Origin: Octopus sinensis
Lineage: Eukaryota
Length of the DNA stretch: 64,000 nucleotides
Direction of reading: 5' to 3'
Assembly (NCBI RefSeq): GCF_006345805.1
Contig: NC_043011.1
Location: 57,424,464 to 57,488,463 of the forward strand
A model generated the notes under the pieces. The model worked only from the letters and a program-made list of their open reading frames with translations, did not search any database and was not told where the DNA came from. A program made the translations under genes and the position numbers. Every line of letters begins with the position of its first letter. Positions within the stretch are counted from its first letter, which is position 1. Below are positions 26,417-38,050 of the stretch, piece after piece.

Positions 26417-27388
26417 AAGAGAAAATGAAAGAAGCTAAATAGGCTTATCAGGAACGGAGACAAATACACACACATTTATATGTATGTATGCGTGTGTGTG
26501 TGTGTCTGTGAGTGTATACAACGTTAATACAATCAAGAATATAAGTGGGAAATACAGGACGAACAAAGCATAACAAACAAATGATTAGTTTGAATGGAAA
26601 GAAAAAAATGTGATATGTTCCGCACGTAAGTTCTCGATGGGAAGACGGAGAAAATTTTTGAGGGAGTGAGAAAGCGAAAGAATGAGAGAGACAGAGAGGG
26701 AGACAGAGAAGGAGAGGAGGGGGTGAGACAGAGAGAACAGGTTAGGAGCCAAGTAAGAATGTGATATTCTATGGTGGAAATTAAGAAGTGAGGGAGAGGC
26801 GAGTGCACATCGGCCTTCGGCACTTGGTAATGTAATATAATATTATATATATTAATCGACGTGTACAGTATTATATATCCATTACGGCCGATCTTGCCAA
26901 TAAGTTTCGCACTAGAGGTTGAACGGGCTGTTAGGTAACTGTGCGATTATGTAGCTCATCAGAGGTAGCCGTTATGAAACGAAATATATAAATATATATG
27001 TGCGTGTGTGTGTGTATGTGTGTGTGTGTGTGTGTGTGTTTGTGTGTGTGTAGAAAAGAGAGAAAGAGAGAGACAGGGAGAGAGAGGTAGCAGTTTGTAG
27101 GAACATATATGTTTTTGCAGTGAGCAGGGTGAGGAGTAAGTGTAACAGACACATAGCCATTACAGATTGCTTTCCCACCCCGGCAAGATTCCTACCCATC
27201 CCGGCAAGTATTTGCTACATCAGTGACCGGGTTAGTAAACCGGGAAAAGTACATCTGAAGCTGTCTGCAAATAACAAGTAGACCAGGCTAACAAAAAGTT
27301 TTTCGATTGGTGTTGAATCCGAAGTCGAATAACATCATCAGTCGACTTAGTAAATCCTTGGTTGAATTACCCAGTTACTATGGTTAAT

Positions 27389-27523
27389 AAGGCGGCGAGT
27401 TGGCAGAATTGTTAGCACGCCGGGCGAAATGCTTAGCTTTAAGTTCTGAGTTCAAATTCCGCCGAGGTCGACTTTGCCTTTGATCCTTTCGGGGTCGATA
27501 AATTAAGTACCAGTTGCGTACTG
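27389..27523 (+). mobile_element. SINE family A, 3'-truncated at (TA)n
   Basis: Head and core match family A. Confidence 0.9.
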
Positions 27524-28752
27524 TATATATATATATATATATATAAACATATGTATACTCACATATGCATGTACACATACACATACATATATATACATAT
27601 ATACATATACTTATATATAAACATATATGTTAATATATAAATATGTATATGTATATATATATATATATATATATGCCCCTACACGACATGAATTATATAT
27701 GTATATGTATTATACCTGCCTTATATATATTTGTGTGTGTGTATGTAATTATATATGTACCCTTCTTGTCTCTTGGTGATCTCTGGTCCCTCATTTTCTC
27801 TTCTATAAGTAGTACAATGATCCTTGAGTTTTTGAAAGCACTCTGTATAACATCTGCCTAGAAACATCATTGCTGCTTAGCTGATGAAGAATACCTTACG
27901 CAATAATGTATCTTTCGGGAATTCTCTCTATAATTATATTTCTCTTTCCTCATTTAACTTGCCATTAATGACGGTGAGTACAATTGGAGTACCTGATTGT
28001 TACTATCTACTAATGAAGGAGACTATTATATTATTACATTCCAAGAACACCTCTTAATTGATGCAGTTTTTGTTTCAGCTAAACAACAATAATTGCTGTT
28101 TGACTTAGCTTCACATTGAACTTTTTGCAACGACAATGAATCAATCATTATATTTTGAAGAGTAGAGTTCTTGAAGAGTTTAATCCACTCGATACATTTA
28201 GCTTTAGATTTGCTACAGGTATATTACAACTTAACCGAATCATGAACCGATGGCGGCTCTGAAATCATAAACTCTTACCTGCATGCCAACCTGAAATTAA
28301 TCTAAATTTGCCTGATAATTAGGTGTAAGGAAATCTAAATTAATGTAAAACGAAACCAAATAAAGTTTATTATGAGAAAATCTAATTGTGCAAATTATGG
28401 CCGAAAGTGCATCATAATTGTGTGGAGATGTAATAGTTTATTAAATGCTAATCAACAGTTAATATCTTGTTAGCACTTAGCGATACCTCGGCTATATTTA
28501 TGCGTTATTATCAACAGTATTTTAAGAGTAATTAGTAATATTTTACTATTTAATTTCTGTTCAGATTCATATCGGAAATGTTCAAGTATCTGTATTTCCT
28601 TGAATAGCTATAATTCATCATTTGCATAGTAATGAGGAAATACCTCCCCACCCAGCAGCAATTTACTCGTTGCTGATATTTTCTATATGAACTGAAAAAT
28701 TAGATATGAAGGAGCTAATGCTGGAGTTCGGTACTTGATCAGATCAGATTAA

Positions 28753-28984
28753 GGCGGCGAGCTGGCAGAGACGTTAGCACGCCCGGCGACAACGCTGACC
28801 GGCATTTCGTCCGCCCCTACGTTCTGAGTTCAAATTTCGCCGAGGGTGACTTTGCCTTTCATCCTTTCGGGGTCGATAAATTAAGTACTAGTTACGCACT
28901 GGGGTCGATATAATCGTCTTAATTCGTCTGTCTGTCCTTGTTTGTCTCCTCTGTGTTTAGCCCCTTGTGGGTAGTAAAGAAATA
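28753..28984 (+). mobile_element. SINE family A, full length, with 17-bp TSD
   Basis: GGTACTTGATCAGATCA at 28730-28746 and 28985-29001, with 6 extra bases (GATTAA) before the head. Confidence 0.95.
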
Positions 28985-29180
28985 GGTACTTGATCAGATC
29001 ACACCATTTGCTTTCAATAGCAGGCAATTCTCCCCCAGTTCACTTCTTGTCTTAAAAATGAATTATGCACTAGAAAATATAGTCTAGTTGCAACCTGTAA
29101 AAATATGCAATGGTCATATAATTTACATTATTTGCATTATTTACATTTGATGGATATTTGTCCTCATCTTCTTTGTTGTT

Positions 29181-29226
29181 AACACAACGTTTCGGCTGAT
29201 ATACTCTCCAGCCTTCATCAGGTGTC
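29181..29226 (-). ncRNA. Minimal type I hammerhead ribozyme (predicted)
   Basis: Reverse complement reads GACAC-CTGATGA-A-GGCTG-GAGAGTATAT-CAGCC-GAAAC-GTT-GTGTT: stem I GACAC/GTGTT, stem II GGCTG/CAGCC, conserved core, and a palindromic ACGT stem III. Confidence 0.75.
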
Positions 29227-29314
29227 TTCGGGAAATTTCGAACAAGGGTTCTCATTCCTAAGGTATTTTTCGATGTTGTTGTTGTTGTTGTTGTTGTTGT
29301 TATTATTATTATTA

Positions 29315-29385
29315 TTCAGGTCACTGCCTGGAATCGGAATCTTGTGGTTAGTAACCCGCGCTCTTAATCACTACGCCATATGCCC
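29315..29385 (-). promoter_or_regulatory. tRNA-like (Ser-like) Pol III head within the Penelope terminal repeat; A box retained, B box partly deleted
   Basis: Reverse complement reads GGGCATATGGCGTAGTGATTAAGAGCGCGGGTTACTAACCACAAGATTCCGATTCCAGGCAGTGACCTGAA. Confidence 0.6.
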
Positions 29386-29390
29386 GTGGC

Positions 29391-29454
<64 letters not shown>

Positions 29455-29500
29455 TAAAAAATATCTTAGGAACGAGAACCCAGGTTCTAAATTCCCCCAA

Positions 29501-29546
29501 GACACCTGATGAAGGCTGGAGTGTATATCAGCCGAAACGTTGTGTT
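29501..29546 (+). ncRNA. Minimal type I hammerhead ribozyme (predicted)
   Basis: GACAC-CTGATGA-A-GGCTG-GAGTGTATAT-CAGCC-GAAAC-GTT-GTGTT. Confidence 0.75.
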
Positions 29547-30061
29547 AACAACAAACAAGATGAGGTCAAATATCCGCCAAATATAAATAATGCAAATACT
29601 GTACATAATTCCTCATCTCTTAAATATAGAGCAGTGTGATGGTCATAGTTAGAACAGTTTTAGTAATATAAAGTTTTGTAAAATCTAGGGTGACCGGGCT
29701 AAACAATAACAATTGCTACATCAATACTGAAATAATTTAGGATTGTGAAGTAGTGGCTCTCATCAGTCTAGGTGCAACCCCAGGATAATAAAATCTTTAA
29801 TGTTATTTTCATAATAAATATCAATTAAAAAAGGGTTACTCGAGTTTAGATCAGGTCTTCTTTACGCTTTCAGCAAAGCCGTTGGGTTCTCAGATAAATT
29901 CGTTTAGGTTCTTGGCATTCCATCTTCATATGTTGGAGAAGATGTAAAACTAATCAAGTTTGAGAAACGCTAAACAAAAGTTGCGGAGGACGAAACAGAG
30001 ATGTAAGAAACCCTAAAACATTTGGATGAAAATATTTTTCATAATATTTCAAATAACATTG

Positions 30062-30460
30062 AAGGAGTGGCTGTGTAGTAAGTAGCTTGCTGACCAACCA
30101 CATGGTTCCGGGTTCAGTCCCACTGCGTGGCATCTTGGGCGAGTGTCTTCTGCTATAGCCCCGGGCCGACCAATGCCTTGTGAGTGGATTTGGTAGACGG
30201 AAACTGAAAGAAGCCCGTCGTATATATGTATACATATATATATGTATGTGTGTTTGTGTGTTTGTCCCCCTAGCATTGCTTGACAACCGATGCTGGTGTG
30301 TTTACGTCCCCGTCACTTAGCGGTTCGGCAAAAGAGACCGATAGAATAAGTACTAGGCTTACAAAGAATAAGTCCCGGGGTCGATTCGGTCGACTAAAGG
30401 CGGTGCTCCTGCATGGCCGCAGTCAAATGACTGAAACAAGTAAAAGAGTAAAAAGAGAGT
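30062..30460 (+). mobile_element. SINE family B, full length
   Basis: A-box-like TGGCTGTGTAG, B-box-like GGTTCAGTCCC, CORE-like ATCTTGGGCGAGTGTCTT, internal microsatellite, and tail AAACAAGTAAAAGAGTAAAAGAG. Confidence 0.92.
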
Positions 30461-30778
30461 AAGGAGTAACATTGCGAAGAATTAAAACAAAATGAAAAAA
30501 ATGACGATAAACCAACGATGACGAATCTGACGACCCGATGTTTTTTTTGGTTTTTTCTACATTCTGCCTTTTACTTGTTTCAGTCATTGGATTGCAGCCA
30601 TGCTGGAGCACCATCTGGAGGAATCTATAGTCGAATGTATCGACTGCAGCACTTTTAATTTAAGCCTGGTACTTATTCTATCGACACTTTTTGCCGACCC
30701 GCTAATATGTATATATATATATATATTATATATATATATATATATAATATATATATATATTATATATATATATATATA

Positions 30779-31062
30779 CTAGCAGTATCGCCCGGCGTTG
30801 CTCGGGTTTGTAAGGGAAGTAAATTTATAAGCATTTTTAGAGAGTTACTTCCCTTATATAATAGCAAAAAATGCATTAAAAATGGAAAGAAATGATGGTA
30901 AATTTTTTTTAAATAGTACACTCATCGTAGACGCGCGCTAATACCCAGAAGGGCTCGATATGAATCACGACTATAAGATACCCGCTTTTGGTTAAACTGC
31001 ACCGCAAAATGTGGGAGTAGTTAGGAATCTAAATCGTAGGAGACAGACACCACGCAACTTCA

Positions 31063-31075
<13 letters not shown>
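30779..31075 (-). mobile_element. Non-autonomous Helitron
   Basis: The minus strand ends CCCGAGCAACGCCGGG (hairpin) then CGATACTG-CTAG|T, the Helitron 3' signature. The 5' end runs into (TA)n-AAAACTGAAGTTG. Confidence 0.75.
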
Positions 31076-31124
<49 letters not shown>

Positions 31125-31175
31125 CATATACGGCGAGCTTCTTACGGTTTCCATCACACACACGCGCGCTCACAC

Positions 31176-31216
<41 letters not shown>

Positions 31217-31360
31217 CGGCGAACTTCTTACAGTTTCCATCTACCAAATTTACTTACTAGATTTTGGTCGATCCGACACAATAATAGAAGACACTAGCCC
31301 AAGGTGCCAGGCAGGATCTGAACCCGGAACCAAGTGGTTAGGAAGCAAACGTTTTATCAC
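31125..31360 (-). mobile_element. SINE family B 5' part with an internal ~30-bp duplication
   Basis: CATATACGGCGA(G/A)CTTCTTAC(G/A)GTTTCCATC occurs twice with a microsatellite between, then AGAAGACACTAGCCCAAGGTGCC...GAACCCGGAACC. Confidence 0.7.
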
Positions 31361-31372
31361 ACAGCACAAGGT

Positions 31373-31920
31373 CTGATAGAGGTTGGAAGCGACGAACTCG
31401 AGGAAGTTAAGGAGTACGTTCACTTTGGGGACACAGTGAAAATGCGCCGAAATACGGATGCTGAAACCTCGAAGAGAATAAGAACAGAATGGAAAGTATT
31501 TAAGTGAATAATGGATGAGCTCCAAACAAAGCCGGATAATGTCATACGTGTGAGAGTCTTGAATGGCACCGTACTCCCTGTACTCTTATATGCCAGTGAG
31601 ATATGAGCTGCTACGAAGAGGATAAAACATGGATTGGCTACGGCGCAACGAGCCATGGAAATATACATGCTTGGAATATCATTCCAAATGAGATAACTCG
31701 AGAGCGGAACGGAGTAAACAATACGATCGCAGTGTACGGGAAGCACAAGTTCCACTGGACTGGATATGTTGTATGGTTCACAGACAACAGGTGGACCCGT
31801 GCAGTTCCCGACTGGTATCAAAAGAAATTGCAAACGGTACGTGGAAGGCTTCAACGACGATGAGAAGTCGATTTGGTCAAGCAATTTGGATCAAGATGGG
31901 AAACAATGGCGCAATGAAGA
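31373..31920 (+). mobile_element. RTE-clade LINE, degenerate C-terminal RT/thumb fragment
   Basis: Fragments read ELEEVKEYVHFG, VLPVLLYASEI, AQRAMEIYMLGIS, ITRERNGV and KFHWTGYV...DNRWTRAVPDW. Confidence 0.8.
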
Positions 31921-33388
31921 CAAAATTGTAAGCGCATTCTTACCAGCATTGTCTTACAGCATCTGATGGTCTTGTCGATACTGTGATATAATGAATTCTT
32001 TGAATACACAAACGCACACACACACACACACATACATGCACACACATGTTAAAAAAGGTCATTTTGTTTTCTTCTATAAAATCTATAATTTTTGTTAGTT
32101 TTCCTGCTATCGCTAAGTCATTAAATGTGTTGAAATGTTATCATCGAGTGCAGTCTTCGGCAAAATCGAACACACTGTTTCATTTTTTATTCTTTCTTTG
32201 GGGTATTTTGTGACATCTCTTTATGTTGAGAGTTCAGACTTCATTAGCGTCAACTCTATTTCTTTTCGTCGTCCCAGGTTAGGTAAAATAATGAAATATT
32301 TTCATGAAATAGCTGTGTGAATAAGGAAGCCCAAACAACCAAACAATCAATCACAAACCCACTCTAAGCCAACAAACCAACCAACCAACCAACCAAGCAA
32401 TACACACACAGATTTTTTTATAGATCAGATCGTTTCACTATGTTAAGCAGACAAATTTCAATCTATCTCTAGTTGTATAAGCGTTAATATATCATTCCAT
32501 GATGTAAACACATTCATCCAAAACCATTCGTCACATAGTGCTATCTGCAGAACACTCTTGTTTGTTTCTCGATTTCTAGAAATAGAAACCAAATATCTTA
32601 CGAATAACATCTAGCTGTCTCGTAACATGCAGGGCTCAGAAATTACCTGAAGAATACGAAGAGAAAACATCGATTTCCGTAAACTGATTATTAATGTTAG
32701 AACACAAGAATTGCGCGAAACTGAATCAGATTGGAAATATGGATGGAGTTCGTCTTACTTTGATGTGTCGTCTTATAAAACTTTGAAAATGATAAAGTGT
32801 CTGTTACCTTTCCTCTTAAAACCACAGGGCATGACAATACTCGCTGCCATAGCAGCAATTTTAAGCTGTTACGAAGAGACCAAACGCCGGCATTCTTAAT
32901 TTCGAGCCCCCCTCCACACAAAAAAAAACAGACTGAAAAAAACTGTGCCAAATGGAACTCAAACTCATTAAGCAAAGTACCATTTGTCTGGTGATTTCGA
33001 CGGCAATAAGTACCCTGTTCGTTTGACTGTCAATTTTGTTTGAGAACAGGAGGGTATCGTATGCTCATCGGGTAATTCCCGGTCCTGTTGGCGGGTCTTT
33101 GGTAAGTATGAAAAAACCTCCTCTCGTAAACTTACAATTCCCAAATCAAATCAAGGTGCATCTTCCACAATGTTGCACCTCAATGTGGTGGTGAGGGGAT
33201 TGCAGAGCCCGCGATGGGAGTACTGACTTTTTGGTCCCGTCAATGTGGCAGATTCTCTGAGAGCGGTGCGAAGGGGTGTGGAGCGAAGAATCAACTTAAC
33301 TGGTAGTTAATGATGCAGAAGAATTGAAAAATGAAGTTGAACTTGGTGGAATATGAACTGAGGAGGTACACATGTATAGCAAAATCCT

Positions 33389-33621
33389 TATTTCTTTATT
33401 ACCCACAAGGGACTAAACTTAGAGGGGAGAAACAAGGACAGACAAACAGATTAAGTCGATTACATCAACCCCAGTGCGTAGCTGGTACTTATTTAATCGA
33501 CCCCGAAATGATGAAAGGCAAAGTCGACCTCGGCGGAATTTGAACTCAGAACGTAACGGCAGACGAAATATTGCTAAGCATTTCGCCCGGCGTGCTAACG
33601 TTTCTGCCAGCTCGCCGCCTT
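33389..33621 (-). mobile_element. SINE family A, full length, with 22-bp TSD (one mismatch)
   Basis: TACACATGTATAG(C/T)AAAATCCT at 33367-33388 and 33622-33643. Confidence 0.95.
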
Positions 33622-36050
33622 TACACATGTATAGTAAAATCCTCTAACGACTCTGCTAATCCACCACCATACTTTGGATGGTTAGTGTGTTCTGTTATAA
33701 TTCATCTACAGATAATCAACAGCAGCCAACAGACATTAGATTTCAAATACTTTATATTGTTATTTACGTGAATGGAAACGAAATGTGAAATACAAAGGCT
33801 TGGTTCGCTTTTTAAAAATGTGTCTTTTGAATAGAACGTTTTAAAAGAATAAACTGCGAATGCAATTTTTTGATAAACAAAGAAAAGGTCAGATGTACTT
33901 GTGAAATTCTGGGAATTAATTCTCATTGGAAAAGAACTGTAATCTGTGACTGATACTGTATTTTATTGTTATAGTTTCTAGAATGAATTTATGGCATTCA
34001 GTTCAAAGTGTTATCGTCAATATATTTTGCTATATCATGGGTTTTGTCGTTGATTATATATGTCAGTTAGCAAAACGTGTGAATCTATTTCAAGTGTGGG
34101 AAGAAGAATGAATTTTTGCTGTATTTAATTTCATTTTTTTTTTCGTGGACAGAACAGTAATTCCATGGTAAAGTTGTTACTTCTTTTGTGCAGAATTTGA
34201 ATCACGTCTCTCAATTGATAAATTGATATGAAATTTCTACACTGATAAAATGATAAGTTGATATAAATTGATAAATTGATATCGAAAAAGAAAAAAAAAG
34301 AAATTATCATTCCCGTATCATAATTTGTTTTCCTGTTTTCATCTCTTAGAATCGTTTTATTTTTCTTTTGATGGTAAACGTAATTTTTTTTATCGTTCTC
34401 TATAAAGCCAAGGGTGAAAGTTCGAGTCCAGTTAATGTTTAACATTTTGTATTGCCTTTTAGGAATACCGAATCTTCAGCTGAAATTTTAATGAGATTTT
34501 TGTAATGATTAGTGGGAGTTAAAAGATACATTTGTCAAGGAATAGTCTCTGAATGTAAATGCTTCCATTTATAAACAAATATAGATTCAGTCTCCCTAGA
34601 TTCAATCGTACTTTATCCTCTTGCTTGGTATTCCAAAGCAAGATAAAATATTGCACTTAAGCCTGTAAATCACTTTATATTATCCACAGGAACAAAAGCA
34701 ATGAAATGTTTCATTTACATATGCTAATGTTTAAAGTAGTTTTCATGAGATTTTAGCGGAATGATTAGCGAACTTGTAACACGATGCTTTTTCACTTAAC
34801 GTCATATGAGCATAAAGTCAATTATATTTGGAAATGTTTCATCATGTGAGAAAATGAAGATCTTGAAAAGGAATATTTAGCAAAATCGAAAGCATTAAGA
34901 ACAAGTGACAATAGTAATAAAATATTTATTGGACCAATTTACTAAACTCCCCTCCTTTATACAAGCATCGAACTAATTTCCTCTTATCTATCTGCGAATT
35001 AATTTCAAGGTTTATTTTTCATGATAAATTGAAATCACAACCAGTTTATGGCAAGACGAAATGCATTTTCCCTCTTTTAAACGACGACTTAATTGAATCG
35101 AATCAAAGTCACGGGTGAAAGCGATGTTTAAATCATTACATCAAATTACTACTCACACCAGCTTTATAATATATCAACCACAAAGTAATATAATCCATCT
35201 ACTTCATGTGAAAACGTTAATTACAAGAATCCCATCTGATAAATAACCGTGAAACGACTTTATTATTTCCTATAGTGCCGAAATATCGCAGAGAAGTGTT
35301 AGGAAAACGGTAAGTAATGTCCTTCTGTCCGTCTAATGTTTCAAAGTTGTTTGTTTCAGCATCTCAACGCAACGATGTCTTTACTACATAACTGCAACAA
35401 ATTAGGAGAAAAACGAAATGGGGTTCTCCCCTACGTTTCTTAAACAGGAAAAATTGGGTGTTGAAGTTACGTGTTTAGCAAAACGAGTTGCTAATAAGGA
35501 GGCGGGTGTATAGCAGTGGACTCGAATATTTTCTCGTTGTTGTTATGTCAAAGAATTCATGAATTTAGACTAGGTTTGACTTGATACAAAGTTTATCAAT
35601 GAATAAGAGGAATAAATTGTATCTTGTGGTGTTTATGCCTTTCTCAAGGCTTATTAATTGTGTGTTTATGATATGACATATTAAACCCCAACAATGCACC
35701 CAACACAGCGAGAAAAAAAGATAGGACCTGTACACGGTCTGTTGTCCTACTAGAAATAACAACCATATTCTTCTCAAATCTTACTTTATATAGTGATAAA
35801 GGTGGGACTTATATGAAGGTATGTTTAAATATGCGATACTTAAATAAGGAATTAACAGACCTTGAATGACGTTTAACATAGTTCAGGGGATAATATAAGG
35901 GGAAGAATAAGAAGAAATAGCAACAACAATTGAAACATCTGTAAGCGAATATCGATTTCGGATTCGATTTTTCATTGCAAACACATTCAAACTATGCTTG
36001 GAAAAGCAATGATCGTTGGCCTATTCGGTTCTTTCATTTTCTTATATCTT

Positions 36051-36265
36051 ATCTTTTACTTGTTTCTATCATTAGTCAGCGGCCATGCTGGGGCACTAGT
36101 TTGAAGAATGTTTAGTCGAACGAATCGACAGTAGTAGTTATTCTGTCTGTGATATTGGTGGACTAAATTACAGGGCCGTAACACACCATCACCGCTTGTC
36201 AAGCAGTGTTGTGGGACAAACACAGACAGAAAGCACAGATGCACGCACGAGCACTCTCCCTCCCT

Positions 36266-36310
<45 letters not shown>

Positions 36311-36462
36311 GACGGATTCTTTCAGTTTCTGTGTACCAAATCTACTCACATATCTTTGGTTGGCCCGAAGCTATATTACAATACACCTACCCAAGTGTCA
36401 CGTAGTGGGACTGAACTCGGAATCAAGGAGTTGGGAAGCAAGTTTCACACCACAAAACCATT
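36051..36462 (-). mobile_element. SINE family B, diverged
   Basis: 3' part GCGGCCATGCTGGGGCAC, internal CT/CA tract, and a reversed head. Confidence 0.75.
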
Positions 36463-37193
36463 GTTTGCATTTTTGTTTTACATTTTCATGACCGAACTGC
36501 AGTCGTGGATCAAAAAGAGGCCGAGGAAGAGCGACCTGTGGGCCTGTGTTGAACGACTGCTGTCACGTGTAGGACGAGTCAGTTTATCAACCGAGTCTAT
36601 CGTGCATATTGTCGCGCCTCCTTCCTTGAAACGTGAAGTAAGAGTCATTTTCATCGTATTTATGGCTATGGCGATAGAATTAGTATGGTGAACGCGTCTG
36701 AAAGGTCTCGAGACAAACACTTTCCTCTCTGGTCAATCTCTCATCAACTTCTTGAAGTATCACTTGAAGAGGAGGGTGAGAGTAGAGAGGGAAGTTTTGT
36801 CTAGTGAATGTTTCAAATAAAGATGGGTGACTGTAGCAAGGATGGCAGGTGTGAATGACGGAGCCACCTTGAGCATAATCCTATGAAGCAGAAAAAGAAA
36901 GGAAAAAAGAAAGTCACCTACCGTAATGTGTTTTTTGCATGACATTATTGCCCGAGGTTACCGTGGTCTTTTCCATAGGATTTTCTTTCCACGGATAAAT
37001 CTAATCTGTTACGCTTTTTAAATTATGGCATTTCTGTGATACACGATCCCTATTGATCGGCTTCCCTTTTTTTCCCACGATTCCTTTATCGAAATCCTAT
37101 CCCCAATTTTTTGTCTTTCCTTCTCAAAAAGAAAAGCTCTACTTTGTATTTTGTCCCTTCTGTGTTCAGCCCTGTGTGGCTAATAAAGAAACA

Positions 37194-37195
<2 letters not shown>

Positions 37196-37280
<85 letters not shown>

Positions 37281-37297
37281 TTATCTATCTATCTATT
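37196..37297. repeat. (ATCT)n microsatellite
   Basis: Read directly from the sequence. Confidence 0.95.
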
Positions 37298-37634
37298 TTA
37301 GGGGCGAAAACGTTCAAAGGAATCAATGTTCGGTCACTTAGAATACAGAACAGAAAGATATGTCTAAGAGTGAATAAGATATTTAATTCCTTGTCATTTG
37401 TCGAAGAAAATATATTTTGCATTTATATAATATACCTTCTTTCCTTTTTGCCATATTATAAATTAGCTCTTCTAAATATCATTTTCTTTTTAGTTCCCGA
37501 AAGGCCATAAGCGAAACAAAATATATTTTGTAGTATTGTTACGATGCGACTAGAAGCAGGTTGGGTAAGCGTATTTGAACATAACCGCTGTGTGATTGAA
37601 ATTGAAAAGATACTACCTGTAAGGAAGCCCATGA

Positions 37635-38050
37635 CACATACATACATTCATACATACATACATACATACATACATACATACATACATACATACATACATA
37701 CATACATACATACATACATCTCTCTCTCTCTATCCGCTCAGTCGAAGTCGACTCTCGGTCACTCGTTGGATCAGTGTCCTCCAATCAGTTCTATCCTGGG
37801 CCGCTTCTTTCATATTGGCTATGTCCATTCCGGTATCACTCTTGATGGTGTCAAGCCAGCGGGTTCTTGGTCGGCCTCTTCCTCTCTTGCCACTGACCAT
37901 TCCGAGCATGATGTCCTTTTATATATAATTAAGATTCCGTTGAATTTCGTACTTAAATCGAGGCACCTTGCTTGGTCGGTATGTTAGCTTTAATCTTCGT
38001 TCTGTGATGATTTCGCCAAGTGCTCTTGAGGTGGCTCTCTTTATAATGTC
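37635..38050 (-). mobile_element. RTE (BovB-like) LINE 3' end with (GA)n(ATGT)n tail
   Basis: Manual translation of 37920-37730 gives KDIMLGMVSGKRGRGRPRTRWLDTIKSDTGMDIANMKEAAQDRTDWRTLIQRVTESRLRLSG*, followed directly by the simple-repeat tail. Confidence 0.88.

Larger units (their letters stand above)
29121..29630. mobile_element. Fold-back non-autonomous element built from two inverted Penelope terminal repeats
   Basis: Arms of about 155 bp (29121-29278 and 29451-29606) are reverse complements, each followed inward by an AAT/AAC tract, with centre ATATGCC-CGT-GGCATAT. The same sequence flanks the GIY-YIG element at 44 kb. Confidence 0.85.

Noticed and set aside
29315-29385. A genuine tRNA gene here or at any SINE head
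   Set aside because: There is no complete cloverleaf or terminator, and all tRNA-like sequences are embedded in repeat units.
33050-33101. Candidate 52-nt plus-strand exon (CAG|...TTTG|GTAAGT) in a GC-richer patch
   Set aside because: Splice-like pairs of this quality are expected by chance in 64 kb, and the peptide is not recognisable.
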